Positions 53,491-64,000 of a stretch of DNA of 64,000 nucleotides are shown here, one piece after another. Numbering within the stretch: the first letter of the stretch is position 1; each line of letters begins with the position of its first letter. The notes under the pieces are model-generated. The model did no database searches. It saw only the letters and a program-made list of their open reading frames with translations, and was not told the origin of the DNA. The translations under genes were made by a program, and so were the position numbers. Source of the DNA: Tubiluchus corallicola. Lineage: Eukaryota > Animalia > Priapulida. Where the stretch lies: the NCBI GenBank assembly GCA_030141605.1, contig JAQGDQ010000238.1:124001-188000 (forward strand). The letters are read 5' to 3'.

Positions 53491-55842
53491 TTTTACTTAC
53501 ATTGAAGTTAGTGTTAATTACTGCATAGTACATGCAAGTATTTGAGCATTCACTCTACAACCCTATAAACCATGATCAACAACTAAAGGCTGCAAGTATT
53601 AGTTAGCATCGGTATAAAAGGAACTGAATTTTCATGACGGATGTTTCATGGAAAACTTTGGCTCATTAGACTGAAAGTAACAAAGTCATTATTTTTAGGT
53701 TAGGAAGGGCAGCATGCATCATATGATTCATCACTGTTAATATGACTAATTATTTCTTTGAAAATTATTATGCTGTGAAATTTTACAGAATAAATGAAAT
53801 TTAGGAAAGCATGCTCTTGTCTCAGCTGCTCATAGTAGATGTGTTTTCTTCAATGCTCTTTTGCTAGAAAGACTGTTTTATCAATATTGGCTGTATTACA
53901 CAGTATATGGCCAGATGCACTTAACTGAATAGAGCTGCTGTAAAGCACAGAAAACAAGTTTAGATTTGTAAAATTGAGCTGTGTTGCATTACAAGTGATA
54001 TGTTGTGCAGATAAATTGATAAAATAATAAGACACCATTGCTAAAAAATTGGTTTATAAAAAATCCCCTTCATACTTCAGAAGCTATGAAAAGGCTTCTC
54101 AAGGCCAGTCAAAATTTTTTTAACAGGCAGAAGTATGATTATGAATCTATTTTGCAGTTAAATCAATATGTGTAGAGCACAGAAATTTTGAAAACAAGTA
54201 AAAACTATTTAAATTTGCAAAGATATTAATTTACCAATTTTCATGATCCACTGATGCAAACTTTTGGCAGAGGGTGCTGCATACCCCGTTTTCCAGAAAA
54301 ATTGAGTCAGAGGTTTTGCGTTTCTACTGTTCCGACAAAAAAGACTTTTCCAGTGAACTTGCTTAAAGTGCTGACCTCTGAAAAGTGCTGCCCGGGCAGG
54401 GCTGTCCCTTCCTAACCCATTCACTATACCACTGATCTCATGTACACAATGTACACATTTACAATAAGAACAAAAAAGTCATTTACAATTACTGCAAAAA
54501 AGACCAGTTGTCACTCAAGGCAAAGGACTATCGCACTTTTTACCAACTGACTTCTGTTCAGTTCAAACAGTCTACTAAATTACCTTTGTAATATTTTATG
54601 GAAGATAAATAAATTTTTTTGAATATGAAACAAAATTATAATATAAATAGAAATTTGTTATGTTCATAACAGAATTTGCTAGTAATTAATAGATGGTTCC
54701 TACTGTCTTTGGGTGGTTGAGGTAATGAGATTGCAGTAGACTAGGAGCTATATTCTTCTAAAAATTGGCAAGAACTTTAAGAAAGAAGCCAGAGCGAATG
54801 GATTTGTAAGGAGCTGCACCTAGGAATGCCCAGAGTAGCTTTCATAACTAGTGGCATCGACAAAAGGAGAACCCTTTTCATAAATAGAGCAATAAAAAGT
54901 AACATGCTTTCACTCATTCAGTGAAACAAGATATATTGCAAGCCTGGATTAAATTATCTAATTCTAATTAAGGCAAAATTTGATATTGTTTTTAGTTGAT
55001 ATTTTTAAAATTGTTGTCACTGTTAGTGTACGAAATAGTCTATTTTCCTGGTGTAAAAGCAGACGTTTGCGAAAAGCATGATAGCGACTTACTGCAATAA
55101 AGAACCCTGGGGTAGTCTTTTAAATGAATGCACATCACTTAGACAGTCACAGTGAAATTCCAACATTTGATTTACTAATAGTAATTAAACGTATTTGTGC
55201 GAAACGCACACAATATTTTTAAATATTGTTAAAACATTCTTCAACCTCAGTACAAACTGATTTACCAACCAATTACTAAAGTGCCCGCCCAAGTGATAAA
55301 TATGATGGCTCCTGAACGTCAACTACACTCACGAATAAACATGCCAGTAAATGTAATCCTACAAAATATCTACTTAATACCTACAATTAAATTTGAAAAC
55401 GCACTTTTCTACTTTTCTGCTCTGCAGATGGCTGCGTGCTGCAAGCAGGGACTACTTGCATTGCACAATTTTTTTCTTTTTTTAACTTCGCAATTTAAAT
55501 GACAAAGCAGAGCATTCCTAACATGCAGCTGAACAGCTTTAGTATGGCATTGTATTTATAACATATAGTTATAATTATAATTATTAATAATATAATTAAT
55601 AATCTACATTAATAACTGATATTAATTCGGTACTAATACTCTTACTACTGTTAATAATAGTACTACCGGTAATACAATATTTATATTTTGACCTTCCATT
55701 TGCTCTCTAACCAAATGAATTTAACATATAGTTATAGTAGGATTTTCTTAAAATGCTAACTTAAGTGTTAACCAAAATTCTAAAAATGTGAGAGGAGATG
55801 AGAGAATTCCTAAGGGAAGAAAACGGAAATTGAAAAGCAGAG

Positions 55843-56040
55843 CAGCAACAGTAACAACAACAACAATATTTAAACAACAGTAATAACACGCATCACGACC
55901 ATTATTACTGCCATTGCGAACACGAGTGATGCCAATAATGATGATGATGACGACAACAACAATAACACAACCACAAATAGCACTACCGCATCAACCTCAT
56001 AGCAACCGAAACAACAACAATGACAACATAAACAACAAAC
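55843..56040. repeat. Degenerate (AAC/GAT)n trinucleotide tract
   Basis: Directly visible. Confidence 0.7.
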
Positions 56041-56812
56041 AGAACTGTAATTCACTACTTTTATTCACCTGTGTAATGGCATACTTTTTACTAACCAAAT
56101 AAGACATTGCAGAGATCTAACGTTTTGTTATTTCTTGTTTTTCTCATGAGTGTTGTTATTATTGCTAATATTGTAGCAGTACTTGCATGTACGCTATATT
56201 TTGCATTATAGAGATTATAATATCATGACTGTTAGTTAGTGTTAAGCTACTGTGTTACATATGCGTCTCCTCATGTTGTGTTTCATGAAGCATCAGGAAG
56301 GAGCGTCAGGGGGGGGGGTCCGGGAAGCAACAATGAAGCGTCAAGAAGTACCAACAAGGTACCAAAGATGTCAAGGCAAAATTAGCAGCAATAAGCTAAA
56401 TAACATCTACACAGGAATGCAAAGAAGCCAACTGGGAATATTTTACCCTGTATGCTAATATATATATATATATATATAATGCGTAAAGTGATATTGGATA
56501 AAGTGTAAAATGAACATGATTTATGTAGAATCGGATTTTCCTTAAATATTAATTTTTACTAGCAAAAGCCCCACATGAAATTTTGCGATTGAATCCACTT
56601 ATAATCAACAATGCACGAACATTCTACCTAGTGTTTGTTTATTTATCTAACGCAAAGCCAGCAGCGGCAGTTAAAATTATAAGGTTATAAGCAGAGTATA
56701 ATGGATGACGTCAGAACAATGGCTTTGCGTCAGAAGTTTTCCAGGAGAAAATTGCCCGAAATGGAACCTCCAATCAATTCACACAGCTCCTCAAGGTGGA
56801 GACGGCCTAAAA

Positions 56813-57187
56813 TACAACCCACACCGTCGAGTACCCCTGTTCTTCCTGTTTCTAAAGAGCCATATAATCTCCTTTCGAGAGTCTCACAAGGCGCCGCTAG
56901 AACGTTTTTTTTACAAGCTGTTTGTCCAAAAGTTTGAAAAAAATCGAGAGTTCGGTCCGGGAAAACGCACTTTGCCGGGCGCCGTGGTCGTCCCACGAAT
57001 TGTAAATACGCCTACTACACCCACCGTTGAATGGACTATATAATCATTGCCGACACCACCTCCGGCCCATTCCCGGCCCACTGCAGCCTACATCGTCGCG
57101 TACCCTTGTTTCTCCTCCTTCTAAAGAGCCATGTATCTCCTTCCAAGATACACACTAAGCGCCGCTAAAATGTTTTATACAAGCCGT
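56813..57187. repeat. Imperfect ~105-bp direct repeat (56813-56920 and 57082-57187)
   Basis: Both copies contain CGTCG.GTACCC.TGTT...TTCTAAAGAGCCAT.T..TCTCCTT...GCGCCGCTA.AA.GTTTT.TACAAGC.GTT. Confidence 0.85.
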
Positions 57188-57287
57188 TATATATATTATA
57201 ATAGATATTAATATAATAGATAATTCATATATAGACTAGACTTTTGCACATAAACCCATATTTGATCTATAATTCGTTTACTGGACA

Positions 57288-57390
57288 ATGACAGCCGAAC
57301 GCGTTCACTTGGGATTTCAGGGTCTGCTATTTCCGCTTCCTTTTGCTTCCGGTACCGACATACGGACAGGAATTTGGCGACCTGTGAGTT
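57288..57390 (+). promoter_or_regulatory. Candidate promoter/first exon of a plus-strand gene divergent from PRDM9
   Basis: CpG-richer patch with ETS-like TTCCGCTTCC and CTTCCGG motifs, then a strong donor CT|GTGAGT at 57384. Candidate next exon 58030-58086 (TATGCAG acceptor, AGG|GTAATT donor). Confidence 0.35.
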
Positions 57391-59069
57391 CGATATTTCT
57401 TATTTGCGTTTCTCTGTTCATTGCAAAACTGGAATGGCACCTAAAACGAATGACCTCTTTGACGGCAAACAGACGCGTTACTACTAGACTGTTGCGTCTA
57501 GTATAAAAGTTTCAGTATCAGTTTCATCTTGCATACGAGAGTCCAATGCAAAAAAACTTTGTTTGTTTACGTGTGTTCTGTGTTAATTAGGCGATAACAG
57601 TAAGTCCCACACACCAGCTAAATAAGTCTTCAAGTGTTCACACTGAATTGCGTAATTTCGTACCATACTTTTAAACATTTTTTCTCGTACCTTCGTGTCG
57701 TTTTACCGGCCTTCCTAACCAGGCCCAGCTAAGCCAAATTTTTTCAGCCAGTACAGGTGAAGTATGTATACATGTATTTGTAATTCTACAATTATCAACA
57801 TCAATAAAATAAATGTAAAATATTTAGTTATTTTATGTGTTATCTGATAATTGCTGTAGGTACTAACTGTGTTAACAATTACTACAGAAAGTCTGAATTT
57901 TTACTAAGAAGTAAACCATTACTAAGAAGAACGGTAAGGGAAAATTTCTGCTTCACTGACTTCAAGAACACTTTTCTAGTTGTTTGAATAATTTCGTGTA
58001 TTTTCTGATCTCTGTTGGTGTCTATGCAGATTATAAGACCAACTGAAACAAATGAAGCCTTCTTGGCTGGGAGTAATTTAGCCAGGGTAATTCAAGGTAA
58101 CTGGGAGGTTTAGCGCTACTGTTAGTTCCAAAAGAAACATTTAGACGTAGTTTTCAGCTTTTAGAAACTACAGTGGCCGTTTTGAACTGAATTAAGTTTT
58201 ATTCTGTTTTAACTGCCGGAGCAAGAGTGTAAAAATATCCAAAAGTAACTACGCATGGTATGGATGTGATACTGCTGTTCTTCAATAATACTTGGAACTG
58301 AATACAACTCCATTCATTGTAATTGTACCGCCAAGAGTCCACTGCAGAAAAGGTTTAGGAAGAGCATCCCAATGCTCAAACCTCGCCACAAACAATTAAA
58401 TCTTAATACTGGATTCAAACCAGAAGGGCGTTTCCATCCACAGAATAAATAACAGCAACATCCAACGTAACACTGACACCCCTCAGTGTACAAATGGCGG
58501 TGACACAAACTTTGAAAGTTTAAACTCTGTTTTCAAATACGTGACTGATTACAAAGTGATGTTTGAACTTGTTAAACAGTACTTCGGACTCTATCGCCAT
58601 CATACGGAAAGCGCCACAGCTCCAACTTTAAACTTCTCCGATCTTAAGTCTTCCCTGAGTTCCAAAGAAAATGCCATTTAAGAGTGGAATTAAGGAATTA
58701 AGCAGGTATTATCTTGCGCATTAACGGCTGATTATCCTCCCTTTTGCAGTTAATTATTTGCCTAAACACGCGGCATTTGTGTTTAAATAGGTGTGAAATT
58801 TTAATGAACAGCTGCAGATTGGGCAACATTGCCTAATTAACTCCGATAATAGGGCCAATGAGATCTAAAAGGCGCCAGCTGAGCTTTTGGGCACACAAGA
58901 CCCACACTCACGAGGCCATTTAAAGGCACCTTACGGTTTTCAAATGTCAGAATTTGTGAAATTCTCTGTCCCTCTGGCGACAGTTTACTACGTTCATATC
59001 AAACTGCTCAGCTTATCCAAAGTGGTATTATCTAAAGTGAATTATCATAAACATACACTTAATGGGTTT

Positions 59070-60200
59070 ACGAGCTACGCGGGAACGATTATTCATTACG
59101 ACTATTCTCCCTGCCATCGAGTATGGTAACGTAGTATAGTCAGGATGCAGTGAAAACAGTATACGTTTGTTAGAAAATGTTCAGCTAACTGCTGCTAGAA
59201 TCGCATAACTGGCGCTATGTTTCGATCTTCCCCTGCAAGTATCTTGTCTGATAGCGGCTTCACTAAATTAGTGACACGCTTCCATTATCATCGCCTATGT
59301 CTTTTTTCAAAATAATCAATGACTTAGTGCCCCACTATTTAAGTGCAATTCTGCCGCCAAAGGTAAACGAAGTTACCCCCTATTATATACGCAGTGGTAC
59401 TAAATACAGAAATTTTAATTGCCGTTCTGTTAGCTGTGAAAAATCGTTTTTTATATCGACCATTAACATGTGGAACAACTTACCACAGAACATTCGTGAA
59501 ATTACATCCATTTCACAATTCAAACAAGAGCTCAAATCTCATTTAAGTTTTTCGTTGCGTAAGAAACATTTTTCATTTGGTAAACCTCCAATATCAGTGC
59601 ATCATACGCGCATGAGAATCGGATTTTCTCAGCTAAACTATGACCTTTTCTCTAAAGGCTGTAAAGATAATAACGGTCATCCAATATTGCCGAATTGTAA
59701 CTGTGGATTTCGATTTGAGTCTGTTGAACACTTTTTGTTGCACTGCCCATTGCATCAACTACCTAGGGTAGTTATGTTTAATAAATTAAATGCAATACTT
59801 CTGCCCGAAAACCTTAATATTGCTGTCTTAGGAAATAATGATCTGTTGAAGTTGTTATTATTCGGTAAAGATGAATTTAACTATGTTACTAACTATAAAA
59901 TATTCCAATGTATACATGACTTTATATTATGTACTAAACGCTTCCAGTAGTTTCTATCTGATATAAAATGCATCATTCTTAAATAATCGTACATTAATAT
60001 TTACTAACCGTCATTTTCTACTAATGTCTAATGTATCACTGTAGTAAAACTTTAGTATACTAAAGTATACTACAAACTAAGTATAGTCTATTCTTACTGT
60101 AAATGTTCTTGTCAATAGTGTGTAAAGTCTGTTGTGGTGAGGATCCTAAATCATGTTGTACAAACTGTCTGATCCAATCCTAAATAAATTATGTTTAAAC
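59070..60200 (+). mobile_element. Degraded CR1-like LINE 3' fragment
   Basis: Frameshifted ORF2 C-terminus: ILPAIEYGNVV*..LLENVQLTAARI/ITGA..., FKIINDLVPHYL, SFFISTINMWNNLP, HTRMRIGFSQLN, CNCGFRFESVEHFLLHCP. The 3' end reads AATAAATTATGTTTAAAC. Confidence 0.85.
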
Positions 60201-60976
60201 TAATGGGTTTAATGCTGTTTCCTTATTTCTTTGGAATTATCTCGCTTTTTATTATCTCGTTTTTTAGAAAAAGTTCAGCACTTTGTTACAAAAAACAAAT
60301 TAAAAGATTGCATACAATATGACGTTAAAACAGATTGCATTTCACACTTTTTAATTATGCTCTTTCTCGCTGCAACTTTTGTTTAATTTTCTCTTTAATA
60401 TTTCAAAGTTGGAGAGCCTACGATCTTTGTTTAGAGTTTTTGTGCCAAGTTGCGCAACAGAAAAACAATTTAATGCAACATTTAAGTAACTACATGTATA
60501 TTGTAATCGTGCCTCAGAAATGAAATGTTTAAAGTAAGGCAAAAATAGCGCACCTCGCGTGGACAAGGGTGTTTCCCGCCATTCCAGGTCTTAGCAACAC
60601 AATGAACGCCACACAATAGAACCATGGCAGAATAATTATCAGCTTAGAGTGGACTAACTTATAGGCTTTTGGCCAGAATGAGTGTACTCCAGCGTAATTT
60701 TGTCACAGATAAGGACAATCTTTGAGTCACACAATGGAAAGAAGATGACGACTGTCGCCTGTTGTGAGGAAGTCATTATTGAAGATTTTGAGGGAACAAT
60801 GTTCAGCTGACATCCGCATTGTTGAAATAATTGCAAGCGTCATATATGTACACGATTTCTGATTTTCTCCAAATGTGCGCAGACATATGTACCTGATTTC
60901 AGATTTTCCCCAGATAGGTATAGATTCTACCTGTAGCGAATTAGCTTCCATTGAAGTGGGATTGGATCACAGAATT

Positions 60977-63213
<2,237 letters not shown>

Positions 63214-63300
<87 letters not shown>
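63214..63300. repeat. (GA)n/(GACA)n microsatellite abutting the LINE 5' truncation
   Basis: Directly visible. Confidence 0.98.
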
Positions 63301-64000
63301 GGTGCAGAGAAAAGGAGATAGAGAGAGAAGGGGAAAAAGAGAAGGAAAGAAGGGAAAGGACGAAAAATCGTATTTCCTTAACAACATTTTCTTAAAAACA
63401 ATTAGCAAGATGTTATAGGAGCCTAAGAGTAGAAAAGTATCCTTTCTCTCCGTCGGTGAAGTGCCTCACTTCACCTCCTGCTTTGCCATTCTTCCCATTA
63501 TCAAGACAGAATTGCTTATAATTGCACCACTGTCTTTGCCTAAATGTTTGGAATCAAGCAACTTGAATGGGAGGGTACGCTCGCATACGAGGCTCTGTCT
63601 TCTAATTCGGCTAATTAACGGCAATTATCCAAAGTCAAACTGAGTTAATGAACTGTTAAAAATATTATAGTCCGTAATTAGCGGTCAGACATCTTCCCTG
63701 CGCACTTAAGTTTCGCAATAAGTCAGGATGTATCAAGCATAGTTATTGCAGTAATTAGTTGTTAATTATGTTTAGGAAATATTTGCCCCAAACAGGGTTC
63801 GCTCAGTAATTGTGATGTTATCTAATGAAAGAAAGTCAGAAAGCAGCTGCATAGTATCATAATTACGCTGGGTTCAACAGAGTTTAACACAAGCGAAGGG
63901 TATAACCCAGGCAACACGACGAAATTGCCCCAATGTTGTCACAATACTTTCTGCAAATATTTTGACAATATGCACATTGTACCAACATTTTTATCAATAT

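Noticed and set aside
56701-57043. Overlapping 78-112 aa ORFs in the GC-richer zone
   Set aside because: No recognisable domain, and the duplicated block does not keep the frame in its second copy.
63214-63408. N-terminal ~65 aa of the 670-aa RT ORF treated as part of the element
   Set aside because: It derives from flanking (TC)n and pyrimidine-rich DNA; LINE-like sequence starts at KHLG.

Overview
This is AT-rich, intron-containing animal DNA with many microsatellites, MITEs, tRNA-derived SINE relics and LINE fragments. It is probably from a bilaterian invertebrate, which is an inference from composition and repeat types. The only well-supported protein-coding gene is a minus-strand, apparently intact, full-length PRDM9 orthologue (CDS about 53281 to 42313). 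I assembled it by hand into 9 phase-consistent GT-AG coding exons (2226 nt, 741 aa). It carries an ancestral KRAB domain, SSXRD, zinc knuckle, a PR/SET domain with all three catalytic tyrosines, a post-SET finger and a terminal C2H2 array. Fingers 4-8 of that array form an 84-bp minisatellite that varies almost only at DNA-contact codons. The introns hold a Tigger/pogo-like MITE with an internal ~9.7 x 94-bp array, two further MITEs and a possible decayed exon. The first ~42 kb show no recognisable coding gene. The right end has a degraded CR1-like LINE tail and a young 5'-truncated RT-encoding LINE inserted inside a (GA)n microsatellite. Most ORFs in the supplied track are microsatellite artefacts. 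Nothing was database-searched; family assignments come from recognised motifs.
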